A model generated the notes under the pieces. The model was not told the origin of the DNA. It saw only the letters and a program-made list of their open reading frames with translations, and did not search any database. Below are positions 36,554 through 48,949 of a DNA stretch of 64,000 bases, one piece after another. Each line of letters opens with the position of its first letter. Position 1 is the stretch's first letter. The translations under genes and the position numbers were made by a program. This DNA comes from Squalus acanthias. Taxonomy: Eukaryota. Location of the stretch: contig CM059427.1 of the NCBI GenBank assembly GCA_030390025.1, positions 13,516,001-13,580,000 of the forward strand, written 5' to 3'.

Positions 36554-37822
36554 AGTGAGTGGGCAAGAACATGGCAGCTGGAGTATAATGTGGAGACGTG
36601 TGAAGTTACCCACTTTGGTAGGAAAATTAGAAAAACAGAATATTTTTTAAATGGTGAGAGACTGGGGAATGTTGGTATTCAGAGAGACCTGGGTGACCTT
36701 GTACACTAATCATAGAAAGTTAACATGCAGTTACAACAACCAATTAGGAAAGCAAATAGTATGTTAGCCTTTATTACAAAGAGATTGGAGTATAAGAATA
36801 GGGAAGTCTTATCACAGTTGTATAGGGTCTTGGTGAGACCACACCTGGAGTACTGTATACTTGCCTTAGAGGGAGTGCAACGAAGGTTCACCAGACTGAT
36901 TCCTGGGATGAGTGGATTGTCATATGAGGAGAGATTGAGTAGACTAGGGCTATGTTCCATAGAGTTTAGAAGAATGAGAGGTGATCTCATTGAAACATAC
37001 AAAATTCTTAAGGGCTTGACAGGGTAGATGCAGGGAGGATGTTTCCCCTGGTTGGGGAGTCTAGAAACAGGGGTCACAGTCTCAGAATAAGGGGTCGGCC
37101 ATTTAGGACTGAGATCAGGAGAAATTTCTTCACTCAAAGGGTGGTGAATCTTTGGAATTCTCTGCCCCAGAGGGCTGTGAATGCTGAGTCTTTGAGTATA
37201 TTCAAGGCTGAGATAGATAGATTTTTGGACTCTAGGGGAATCAAAGGATATGAAGATCAGGCAGGAAAGTGGAGTTGAGATCGATGATCAGCCATAATCT
37301 TATTGAATGGTGGAGCAGGCTCGAGGGGCCGTATGGCCTACTCCTGCTCCTATTTCTTATGTTCTTATTGAATGATGGAGCGGGCTTGAAGGGCCGAATG
37401 GCCTACTCCTGCTCCTATTTCTTATGTTCTTATGTTCCCCATCTACAATGGCCAGGGATGCCGAAACTCCACTGATCTCCAGTGCCTCCTCCCTCTCCCC
37501 GGTGTTCTGCACGCTCTTCTACTGCAAGGAGGGAAAGAAGAGATGTATGAGTGAGTGTAATAGCATGTGTTCATCCGATGTATGGAGTGTATTTGGTAAG
37601 GGTGACTATGAGGGAGAGGCATGCCATTGCTTAAGGATGAGGGTGAGTGGGAGTGGTGGATGGATAGATGTGAGGAAGTGCATAGAAAGAGAAGGTTGGG
37701 TGTACCTTCAAGGTAAGTGGGTGTGAGGAGTGATGTGCTGGAGTAAGCTTGACAAGACAGAGTGAGGTGGTGGGGTGATGCGCACAGCAGGATGCAAGTG
37801 AATTCTATCACCTGTGTGTCAC

Positions 37823-38058
37823 CTTTCCTGACCTGCTTAGATCATTAAAGCGCTATCTGCACTGAATCCAGGAGCGTGGCACCACGCTCCTGCTGCTGAC
37901 CTCCTCCGCGCCCTCCAATCACGCCTTCTTGGTATCAGCTGCAGGCTTCTTCCTCCCGTTGGTAGGGAACAGTATCTCCGACTCCTTGCAGCCCCCAGCA
38001 GCACATCCAGGGAGGCGTCACTGAAACTAGGCACAGCCTTTGCCCGTGTGGAATCCAT
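37823..38058 (-). pseudogene. Myb/SANT exon 1 of the outer Harbinger
   Basis: MDSTRAKAVPSFSDASLDVLL with a frameshift; ends at a donor. Confidence 0.8.
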
Positions 38059-40608
38059 TCTGCCACTTATTTCTCTTTTCTGTCCAACTCCAAACTCCTT
38101 CAACTTGCATGCTTGGATTGTCCCTTTAAACACTGGAGTTGAAATCGCGTCATGCGGGTCCACATCACGTCCATTGCCACTGATTGGACGGGAAACCCGG
38201 AAGTAAAATTATAATGCGGTGGCTTAGTTAAAAAGCCACTGACAGATGCGCTGCACTTACTTCTGGGTTTCCTGTGTGCTACCGACCGCACCACTGCCCC
38301 CCGCCCCAAGCATGTCACGAAATTTAAATCGGGGCCAGCGCTGTCTCAGTGAGAATTCTTCAATCTGATTGGTTGAAGAGGCTCGCTGTTGCTTAACCTG
38401 CTCACAGACGCCACAGATCCCCTGTAGAGGGCGCTGTGCTGGATCAGGCATCTGATGACAGTAAGTCTACGCCCAAAAGCCCGTGAAAAGTCTGTGGGCA
38501 GTTGTCACCGTAGTGAACAGGAAGCGTCATTCCTTCGCCGCTGACCGCAAAATCCAGGCTAATATTTGCAGGGGGTTCCTGCTCACAAAATCGTTTGAAA
38601 ACCACTGATGTAAACACAACAGAAGTTTCCTGTGTCAATGATCATGGTGACCTTGCACTCTCCTGAAAGAGAAAAAGAATTTTAAATCATATGCAATTCA
38701 GAGATTTTTTGATTAAAAAGTTATCAATGGCAACTTAGTGGGCAACTAAGACAGCACTAGCTGTCAAACGTAGGTGTAAAGAGGACCAAGGTGATGGTGA
38801 AATTGAGAGCTCTGCTTTAACTGATACAATTATAGTAATAAAGTGTACACCAACTGAAGGGAAAGGCTAAGGATTGCTATGTTGGATAATTGAAGTTGCA
38901 CTAAATAAACTACCAGTTTAAATATGGGTTTCACTTCAGGAACATCAGTCCAGATTCGGAGATGAAAGTCTCTAAGGATCCCATGTGGAAAGATGTTTGG
39001 GCAGTCTCATCTGGATTCCTAGTGGCCAAACATTAGAAAACTACCTAATTTGGCAACCTCACTCAGAGTCCCACAGAGGTGGCGGGAGTAAGACGTGGAA
39101 GTGAAGATGCATTGCCCTTATTTTAATTCTTTATAATGTGTTGCATGTTAGTACGCTTCCCACAAACGAAAAACCTGTGGATAAAGTGCCCATGGTATAT
39201 TTGCTAATTGAGACGGGTAATACTGACTATACACGAAACTGGGCACATACTGTACTATTTGCAACGCCTTTTCTAATGGTCCATGATCACCCGGCTCCTG
39301 GACCACACCCGAGTCTTAAGGCCAACGTACTCAAGTTGGGAGAAAAGATGCCATTCGTCCCAGCCACCAGCCACCAAGACACAAGAAGAATGTTCACTTA
39401 AATTGCCCCCTCCTCTGCATACACAACAGAGTCCATGACCACAGCTCCACCCCACTAACTAATTGTATAATGTCTTCTAACTTGAAACAGCTGTGCCAGT
39501 AACACAATACATTACTGTTTGTACTTGCAAACAAGTGTAGGACCAGGATTGTAATAGAAGTGAACCCAATATATATGTATAGAATAATTTTACCTGGGTG
39601 AAAATTTTCTTTTCACTGGTATTTTCTTGGCGATAATGGAAAATCCAAAACCTTACCTCTTACACCTGATAGGTTGTTTCCCTCTGTAATGATTCGACAC
39701 AACAGATTTCACTATACCTTGCACATTCCAGGTCTAGGCAACTTATTAAAGAAAGAATCTGTGCCAATAAGAATTTCTATCTTGTGAACCAACAGATGAA
39801 GTTAAGCTTTATAGTATATAACATAATAGTGCACAAGTATGCCACGATCTTTTGAAGAGTTTTGAACAACACAAACGCCAACTGGAAGTTTTTTTCCCTA
39901 AAGTTTAAAAATGTGCTCATTAAGCCTATACACTGGTTAGTCAATTGTAATTACTCAACAAATCAGGAAGAAATTTCAACCTCAAACTTACAGATATTTT
40001 ACAATATGGTTATGTTCCAATAGATTTCTAAATATTAAGATATTTGAAATGAGATACTCTAATGTTGCAGAAATGCAATGCTGATATAGAACTTGGACTG
40101 TCTGGTAACTTCTATATGCACACACATTATAAAAAAGCTGGATTACAAATTCTTGTTTATTGAATCCAGGGATACATTGCATTTGCTGCGAAATGCTCAG
40201 TGCGTAGTAGGACAGCAGAGGGCTCTCTCTCTCATGAATGCTCTGATTTTAATAAACACATGCAGAAAAACAGAGCCCGTTATGAATGTTCTGGTAAGAC
40301 ACCGAATATCTTTCTGCCCTTTGTACAATCACCTGCAAAAGGCTGGCACAGACAAAATAAAAGTTGTTTAGTACCAGATTTATACATCTGTGTCATCCCA
40401 GTTTGAGGAAGTTTCGAGCTAAGGCCAGGTGGTTTCTTGTAGGGAGGGGAAATTGTTGTTTCACACTGGACTTCATACAATTATAGCTTGTCATTTGTAG
40501 AGTGGCACTGGCAGGTGCCTGGGAGAAGGTCACCAGTCTGACCCTTCACCTGTGAATAGTACATAGGATGTGAGGAAATGAAAGAATGGAGGGGGGGGGG
40601 GGGGAAAT

Positions 40609-41231
40609 AAGAAAAATATAAACAAGTATTAAAAAGCATCACGGTAACTGGTATGGGAAAAATGGATGTTTTTAAAGCAGCCTTTGTTCCATTTTTGACT
40701 AACTTTGTGTCGCAGAATAATGGAGTTGTGCACAGTAACATATAAGCAACTTGGGGTTTTATAGTGCGGGAAGAGGAATCTGAATGTTAAATTACAGCTC
40801 CTATGATACTGATGAAAAGGAAGGTGTGAGGCAGAACAGGAAATTAAGGCAGGAGAATTAAAGAAAGCTCCCAAGCTTGAAAGTCGGTGGTAAGCTGATA
40901 GGATTATATAGATTAGATTGACATCGGATCATAATGTAGACAGCATCAGTTGAATGGCAATACCACTGTACTAACTTTTTGTGGTGTCAAATTATACGAA
41001 AATATAGCCTCACACCTTCCTTTTCATCAGTATCATAGGAGCTGTAATTTACCATTCAGATTCCTGTTCCCGCACTATAAAACCCCAAGTTGCTTAAACG
41101 TTACTGTGCATAACTCCATTATTTTGCGACATAAAGTTAGTCAAAAATGGAATGAAGGCTGCTTTAAAAACATCCATATTTCCCACACCAGTTACCGTGA
41201 TGCTTTTAAATACTTGCTTATAATTTTCCTT
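40609..41231. repeat. Long inverted repeat (about 225-bp arms, about 175-bp spacer)
   Basis: 40609-40832 is the reverse complement of 41007-41231 with scattered mismatches. Confidence 0.95.
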
Positions 41232-41390
41232 TTTTTCTTTCATGAATTCTATGTCTCAATGGCTGAAGACCAATACCATGCACACAAAGCAGTAAGCAAC
41301 TAGAACCAGCTGAATAAATGCAAGCACTATCTCGTATATACTGTAAGGAATGAAAGTTGTATGACAGGAATGAAAGGTAATTGAACCTTA

Positions 41391-42431
41391 GGCCCAGAAA
41401 TTGTTGGAAAAATAATGGTGAATTAACGGTGCCCACCATTATTAGTTTGCAAAAAAACACATCAATTTGTGGTGAGCGAGAGATGCGGCATGAGTTGCGA
41501 ATCGTCACAAGTTGCTGGGCGATTTGCGCCACTCCGCCGTTAGCCTCGACAAGATCGAAAAAATTGCAACCTCACCGTTCAGTGCATGTCATGAAATTGC
41601 TGTAAATGCAAATGAATCCCGCCTCAGCCATTTGGGGCTGGTAATTCATGTCGTAAGGACCCTGTTAATGCCGTGATTTATGGTCCCGACATGAAACTCA
41701 ACCTTGGAGGCACAGAAAGGGAACAAATTAAGCTGTGTAGACTCACTCCAAAAGGTAGTGAATTGTTCCTAGAGGTTTTTAAACTTTTTTAAAATCTGCC
41801 TTGGCAGTATTTGTGTGCCAGGCTTGCCATCCACACTCCTGTTAGTGTCGAAAGGCAATCATTTTCAGGATGCAAAGCTATTTTGACACTCAGAAATGCA
41901 AATTAGATAGATTTCTTACAGAAAATAATTTTGGAATACAGTATTTGAGTAAGAATGTTTGTACATTTCACACACCTACCCTGTCAGTCACTCATTATTA
42001 AATTCTGAAGGACCAATACATCAAATCCCAAACACAACTGCGTTACAACGTTCTCTTCTTCTGCTTGTTCTTTCTAATTTTTTTCTTACTCTTCCTTTCT
42101 GTCTTTTTTTTCCTCTCTCTTAATCCACTCTCTTTCTTTCCTTCTCTTTATTTCTCTTTCTGTATCTAATTTGACTCGAATTCACCCTATTTCCTTCTCT
42201 GTCGTTCGCTCGTTTTGTTTTTCTCTATCCTTTTGTTTCATTGGTCAAGGAGATAGACCATTGGACATGACATTCATGAGGTTTCAGATGCACTGTTGAC
42301 ATCGCTGCCGCATTATTCATTCACATTTCCAGCAATTTGCGGCGCAAATATAATGCGATCTGAAGGGTGAGGAAAGAAATCCAATTCACGGCGCTAACCA
42401 CAAGATGCACCATTCCAGCAATTCCTGGGCC
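41391..42431. mobile_element. Harbinger/PIF MITE
   Basis: TIRs GGCCCAGAAATTGTTGGAA / TTCCAGCAATTCCTGGGCC with a canonical TTA TSD. Confidence 0.9.
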
Positions 42432-42549
42432 TTAGTTTTAATCATATTGACATCATCAGAATCCTGAGATTTGATCATTATCTCTCACTGACAGCCATGT
42501 ATTATCCAATATTTAGAGGGACAGAACAATAGGTTTACAACATAATTTA

Positions 42550-42662
42550 CCCCTTCGCTACATTACAACAGTGACTACAACTCAAAAGTACTTCATTGGC
42601 TGTAAAGCACTTTGGGACATCCTGGGGTGGTGAAAGATGCTATACAAATGCAAGTTCTTTCT
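42550..42662 (+). mobile_element. Deu-SINE 3' tail fragment
   Basis: CATTGGCTGTAAAGCACTTTGGGACATCC...ATGCAAGTTCTTTC. Confidence 0.75.
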
Positions 42663-43049
42663 ATTTAAATCATTTTATGGCAGTGGCTGCATCTCATTTG
42701 TGCAATGATGAAATAATGGAGCCAGATCATTTTGCTGAACTTAAAGGTCAGTTCATTTAAATTATTAGGATATGTTCCTTATGCATATTGGCCCAGTCAC
42801 AAGGAGTGCACTGATGAAGGAGCTGGGATATCTAGTGCAACTCAACAGTTCATAAAATAAAATAATTGGCTGCATTGGAAGGGGAGGACAACATTTTTTT
42901 TTGCAGCTTTAGAAAGGCTGATAATAGTTTAAAAAATATATTTGTCAGCCTTTCCAAAAGCTGTATGGAGGGTAAGGGGGAACAAAATGACAGGAAAAAC
43001 AGCAAAAAAAAGGCAAATCGAATTGTCAAGGACAAGGAACATAGTAGCA

Positions 43050-43272
43050 CAGCCCTCAACCCTCTGTTTAATGGTTGGTAACGTGGACGTGTTACTGCAA
43101 GACACGGGCGTGACACGAGTTTACCCTGTTTGAAACTGCAGGGCACCCACCCCACAAGATGACATCATGCTGGCAGGAAGCTGTGACCAGGTTCAATGCT
43201 GCGCACAGTAACTGCAGATCCCGTGGACAGATGCAGAAGGCAGCCTACCTTAAGGCATCTGGCAAGGTAAGT
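43050..43272 (+). pseudogene. Ancient Harbinger Myb/SANT exon remnant
   Basis: WQEAVTRFNA-like segment ending SGK|GTAAGT, as in the 34473 exon. Highly decayed. Confidence 0.45.
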
Positions 43273-43714
43273 AGAGATACCAAGTAGAGACAGGGGCCTC
43301 AAAATATGGCCTGCCAGCTCGTTCCACATGTACTGCTCTCCCATGCCTTGCCCTCACACAATCTTACAACACTTTCATTGCATCTGATGCATACGCATAT
43401 TTAAGTAGGGCACACATTCAAGCTGTAATGTATAATTAGAAGCTTTGCCACACTTACATTTTCCAGGGGCGTCACACGTCAAACCATTGGAATCCATTGT
43501 CACTAAGTGCCATCTAGGATTGATTTCAGTTACCCCAATGGGAATTGCAGCAGTACAGTAATGTCAGGCAGCTGTATTATGCTATTGAGCTGGAAAAGAG
43601 ATAAAGGTATTGACCAATGCATTACTCAGTTTTATACTTATGTGAACATTCACAGGCCTATATTCAAATTGTGCTGTGGAAGTGGAGGGTAGTCAATGTA
43701 AAACATCCGCTCAA

Positions 43715-44230
43715 AGAGAGAGAGAGGATAAACCAGGCCAGTTAGTCTAAGGGAAAACTCTTGAAATCCATAATTTGAGATCAAATTAATAAGCATTTAG
43801 AGATGCATGGGATAATCAAGGATAGTCAGCAAGGATTTATTAAAGGCTTCGGCCTGAAACGTTAACTCTGTTTCTCTCTCCACGGATGCTGCCTCGCCTG
43901 CTGAGTTTTTCCAGCGTTTTCTGTTGTTTATTAAAGGCAAATTGTGTTTGATAAATTTAATGGAGTATTTTGAAGAACTGAGTAATTTTACAGATAAAAC
44001 GAATGCAATGCAGGTAGTATATATGAATTTTTAAAAGGTGTTTGATAATATGTTACCAAAATTCACATGTAAGGTATAAGAAGAAATGTAGCAGCATGGA
44101 TAGAAAGTTGGTTGATGGACAGGAACCTAAAAGATTTGGATTAATGTGTGTTGCTCAGATTAAAGAAGGGTTGGAAGTGGTGTACCCAAGGGGTCAATAC
44201 TGGGCCCTCTCTTGTTCTCCATCTATATAG
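43715..44230 (+). mobile_element. Old CR1 RT fragment with a short Penelope-derived insert (about 43850-43930)
   Basis: Decayed RPVSL/KLL, SQQGFIKG and GVPQG motifs. TTTATTAAAGGC is duplicated around the insert. Confidence 0.7.
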
Positions 44231-44340
44231 ATGGCTTGACTTGGCGAGGCAAAGATGTTTAAGGAGAGAATTCCAGAGCTTAGGGCCTAGACAGCCGAAG
44301 GCATTGGCCAATGGTGGGGCAAATGAAATCAGGGATGCAG

Positions 44341-45875
44341 AACATAAGAACATAAGAAATAGGAGCAGGAGTAGGCCATTTGGCCCTTCGAGCCTGCTCC
44401 GCCATTCAATAAGATCATGGCTGATCTTCTACCTCATCTCCACTTTCCTGCGCTATCCCCATATCCCTTGATTCCCTTAATATTCAAAAATCTATCGATC
44501 TCTGTCTTGAATATACTCAACGACTGAGCCTCCACAGCCCTCTGGGGTAGAGAATTCTAAAGATTCACCACCCTCTGAGTGAAGAAATTTCTCCTTATCT
44601 CAGTCCTAAATGGCCGACCCCTTATTCTGAGACTGTGACCCCTGGTTCTAGACGCCCCAGCCAGGGGAACCATCCTCCCTGCATCTACCCTGTCAAGTCC
44701 TGTAAGAATTTTGTATGTTTCAATGAGATCACCTCTCATTCTTCTAAACTCTAGAGAATATAGGCCTAGTCTACTCAATCTTTCCTCATAGGACAATCCC
44801 CCCCATCTGAGGAACCAGTCTGGTGAACATTTGTTGCACTCCCTCTATGGCAAGTATATCCTTCCTTTGGTAAGGAGACCAAAACTGTACACAATACTCC
44901 ATGTGTGGTCTCACCAGGACCCTAAATAATTGCAGTAAGACATCTTTACTCTTATACTTAAATCCTCTTGTAATAAAGGCCAACATACCATTTACTTTCC
45001 TAATTGCTTGCTGTACCTGCATGTTAACTTTCAGTGATTCGTGTACAAGGACACCCAGGTCCCTCTGAACATTAACATTTCCCAATCTCTCACCATTTAA
45101 AAAATACTCTGCTTTTCTATGTTTCCTACCAAAGTGGATAACTTCACATTTCTCCACATTATATTCCATTTGCCATGTTCTTGCCCACTCACTTAGCCTG
45201 TCTATATCCCCTTGAAGCCTTCTTGCATCCTCCTCACAACTTACATTCCCACCCAGCTTTGTATCATCAGCAAATTTGGATATATTACATTTGGTCCCCT
45301 CATCCAAATCATTGATATAGATTGTGAATAGCTGAGGTCCAAGCACTGATCCTTGCGGTACCCCACTAGTTACAGCCTGCCAATCCAAAAATGACCCGTT
45401 TATATCTACTCTCTGTTTTCTGTCCGTTAACCAATCCTCAATCCATGCTAGTATATTACCCCCGATCCCATGAGCCCCAATTTTGTTTAATAACCTTTTG
45501 TGTGGCACCTTATCGAATGCCTTCTGAAAATCCAAATACACCACATCCACCGGTTCCCCCTTATCTATTCTACTGTTACAACCTCAAAAAACTCTAACAG
45601 ATTTGTCAAATACAATTTCCCTTTCATAAATCTGTGATGACTCTGCCCAATCCTATTATTATTTTCTAAGTGCCCTGTTACCACGTCCTTAATAATAGAT
45701 TCTAGCATTTTTCTACTACTGATTTCAGGCTAACCTGTCTGTAGTTCCCCGTTTTCTCTCTCCCTCCTTTCTTAAATAGTGGGGTTACATTTGCCACCTT
45801 CCAATCTGCAGGAACCATTCTAAAATCTATGGAATTTTGGAAAATGACAACCAATGCATCCATTATCTCTATAGC
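44341..45875 (-). mobile_element. 5'-truncated CR1 LINE
   Basis: 254-aa RT ORF with GVPQGSVLGP and FADD. Tail AACATAAG repeat. Confidence 0.95.
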
Positions 45876-46159
45876 CACCAGAATTGGAGAAATGCAGAAT
45901 CCTTGAAGAGTTGTAAGACTGGTGGAGGTTACAGGGATAGGGAGGGGTGAGACCATGGTGGATTTGAACACAAGGATGAGAATTTTAATATTGAGGGGTC
46001 GCAGGACCGGAAGCCTATGCAGGTCAGTGAGCACTGGAGTGATGGGTGAACGGGATGGTGCGAGTTAGGATACCAGCAGCAGAGTTTTGGATGAGCTCAA
46101 GTTTACAGAGGGTGGCAGATGGAGGCCAGCCCGGAAATAGTTGAGTCTGGATTTAACAA

Positions 46160-46728
46160 AAATGAGAAGTCGCACAACACCAGGTTATAGTCCAACAGTT
46201 TTATTTGAAATTACGAGCTTTTGGAGCTCTGCTCCTTCTTCAGGTACAGTGAGGGAATATAAATCGATTACACAGTATATATAGACAGAGAACAATGTGT
46301 CTGCAGAGATACAATCCGTCAGGGAGGCATTACATAAAAGACACATCAGAGTACAGCTAAGACAATGAGATGGGTCACAGGGGGTCCAACGTGTCAAATG
46401 CTGCAGTCTGCAGTTAGGCTTTTAACTTTTTTTTTAAAACTGGGAAACCAGACAACGATGTCGAGTCATGTTCTGTAGCGTGACATGAACCCGAGATCCC
46501 GGTTGAGGCCGTCCTCATGGGTGCGGAACTTGGCTATCAGTTCTCTGCAGACACATTGTTCTCTGTCTATATATACTGTGTAATCGATTTATATTCCCTC
46601 ACTGTACCTGAAGAAGGAGCAGAGCTCCGAAAGCTCGTAATTTCAAATAAAACTGTTGGACTGTAACCTGGTGTTGTGCGACTTCTCATTTTTGTCCACC
46701 CCAGTCCAACACCGGCATCTCCGCATCA
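46160..46728 (-). mobile_element. Penelope-like element 3' end with inverted pseudo-LTR
   Basis: TSD TGGATTTAACAA (46148, 46729). Minus strand 46543-46466 reads ELIAKFRTHEDGLNRDLGFMSRYRT*, the GIY-YIG C-terminal GLN motif. Inverted arms 46160-46307 and 46544-46694. Confidence 0.9.
46604..46640 (+). ncRNA. Minimal hammerhead ribozyme
   Basis: TAC-CTGAAGA-A-GGAGC-AGA-GCTCC-GAAA-GC-TC-GTA. Confidence 0.75.
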
Positions 46729-48949
46729 TGGATTTAACAAGAGCATGGATGAGGGCTTTTGCAGAAGATGGGCTGAGGATTGGCTAGAGATAGGCGATAT
46801 AGCTGTACCAATTTCTCTTTATTGTCTTTAACAAAGATTTAACTGTCAATTTTTGGGATGGGGACTAATTTTGCTAAGCATATTTTTTAGCATGAGAGCA
46901 AGACTCTCAATCATAATGGGTGACAATCTGTGATGGGTGGGTCCCTAAATCCCCAATACTAGCTCCCAGGTGACAAAGCTCCACGTCAGGAGCACTGAAT
47001 TTTTTGAGTCCAAAGAAAAAATAATCTATTACTTTGACTTAAAATAAGATTTCATTATCAAGATGAGAATGAGAACAAATATGTTTGGGTGAGGGCTTGT
47101 GCTAGAGTGGGACAAGTGAAAGGAACAGCAAGATGTGGAAGGTGCCAGCAGGGTTTGGATAACTCAGCCACAGCTTATCGGCTTCCGACTTTCAGAAAGA
47201 AGAGTAGGAAAGGACAGAAGAAACTTCACATAAATGTTGTTTATGGCAGAAAGATTTTAAATTGTATCCGCAATACAATGCTTTAAGGAAAGCTAATGAT
47301 GGTTATGTCTAGACATTCTTCTAATCAATGACAATAGAGTTCACCATATCGGTCAGTATTTCTTGTCATGCTCTCAATCATGTCCAGACTTTACTCTGAT
47401 CCCTTCTCCGTTTCTGCTTTCTTTGTTTCATTTTGTAGAAGAAGCTGGTCTGGACATGGGTTTAACACATTCTCATACCTCAATTCTTTTTTCCCAATTA
47501 TAGTTTTATTTTTAAAAGAGCCCCCACAAACAATAAACTACTTTAGGACAATTTATCAAGTACTGATTAAGTGTGCACAGAAGGACAAGGTGAAAGCTAA
47601 AAAAAAAGCTCAGTAAATCTGAAATTCGAGTGTTAGAGAATATTTAAACAAGTTGAGAATTTAAAAAAAAATTAACAGCATGCTGTCAACAAAATGATTC
47701 TAAATAAGAACTCCAGTATAAAGAAGCAAGTGTGACTGAGGTTCGGGCAGTCAGTGGCTTCTTGTGTCTTTCGAACATGCGACACTAGGAGGCGCCAGTC
47801 ACCTGCAGTGTAAATCCTCTTCAGCCAGGAGCGGACTGGTGAAGTTTTGTGACATTTCCACCTGTTCGAAAGCTGTCAAAGCGCCACTTTCTGATGGGAT
47901 TATTCATTTAAAAGCAAGAGATGATGCATCCCTTTCCCCTATTAAATGCAATCTTTTTCGTGTACCCGTGTTCATACAAAAACGATTGGAATACAGCTAA
48001 TTTAATTCCTCAGTAAAATAGATTGATAGATCTTGCACTGATTTTGGGAATGGGAATATTCCTCTGAAGTGTCCGTAGTCTGGTCAACGATGTTATTTTT
48101 AAAAGAAAATTAGCAAATTTTGCAGTTTAAAGCAGTCCCATTCGCATCCTGAGCCGCTCCCTCTAGCTCTGTGAAAGGCAAGTCAGTGTTTGAAAACTGC
48201 AGCAGGTGAGGCGGTGGTGAACTGAGAGCAGATTATGGTCCAGCCAGACCCCAAGTGTATCGAGTTGATCTCATCCTTAAAGCCAGTTTATCGTTTAGTG
48301 TCTATAGACAGCATTGCACGGAGTGGAGGGACCTGGAGGACAGCCGCTCCTGAGTCAATGACATCCTTCATGTCAATGTTTTGGAGGGCAGGAAATATAC
48401 GAATACATCATATTGCTTCCGATACTCGAATTGTACACTGGAATAATAAGATTGACATCGTTTAGTACAGAAACGACATCTGAAAATAGATCAGATAAAC
48501 CCCACAAACCGCTCAAACCTCTGTGTCAAACATGTAACTGCGGAATGGATAACTTCTGACGTTTGACACTGTCTCTGATGCTTTGGGTGTTGTCCCAGGT
48601 GCTGTAGTGTCTGAATGGAGCCCTTTCCGCCATGGTTTCGATGTTGGGGAGTGTTGCAGGCTGTTCGGATGGCTCAGTCGTCACATTACTTACCACAGTC
48701 GGTAGCATTGAGTGTCTACGGCATCGCCCCCAACACTTCACAACTCTGATCTACTCGGAAACCGGGCTAACTTCTCATACAGAAGAATACGAGGTCAAGA
48801 CATCCAAACACCAGCATCTGCCGTTTTTAGTCGGGATTCACTTGATCATACATTTCATTTTTAGAATGAGATTGGCCGTTTAGAAAGGTTCAACTGCAAA
48901 CAGAAAATCAACTATTTCGATACGAGATAAAGGCTACATTAACACTAAC

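Larger units (their letters stand above)
32402..37437 (+). mobile_element. CR1 LINE 3' half inserted in the Harbinger Myb gene, itself interrupted twice
   Basis: Segments 32402-32528, 33782-34159 and 36557-37437 join into a continuous RT and 3' tail. Confidence 0.92.
29900..38336. mobile_element. Formerly autonomous Harbinger transposon (convergent transposase and Myb/SANT genes)
   Basis: Transposase on +. Myb gene pieces on - (38058-37823, 37523-37438, 32395-32015). The right end TTTAAATCGGGGCC matches GGCCCGATTTAAA at 30136; the left boundary is uncertain. Confidence 0.8.
28862..38560 (-). mobile_element. Harbinger-type MITE (family of 123-1068) split by nested insertions
   Basis: 28862-28980 and 29603-29740 match the reverse complement of about 690-930. 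38337-38560 matches the reverse complement of 123-320 and ends in the TIR GCAAAATCCAGGCT. Confidence 0.7.
44232..46800 (-). mobile_element. L2 LINE 3' remnant, split by CR1 and Penelope insertions
   Basis: LHRLPV..LNIKILILVFKS and AFGCLGPKLWNSL L2 C-terminal motifs. Confidence 0.75.

Noticed and set aside
39138-39401. 87-aa ORF in unique sequence
   Set aside because: No recognisable domain or convincing splice sites.
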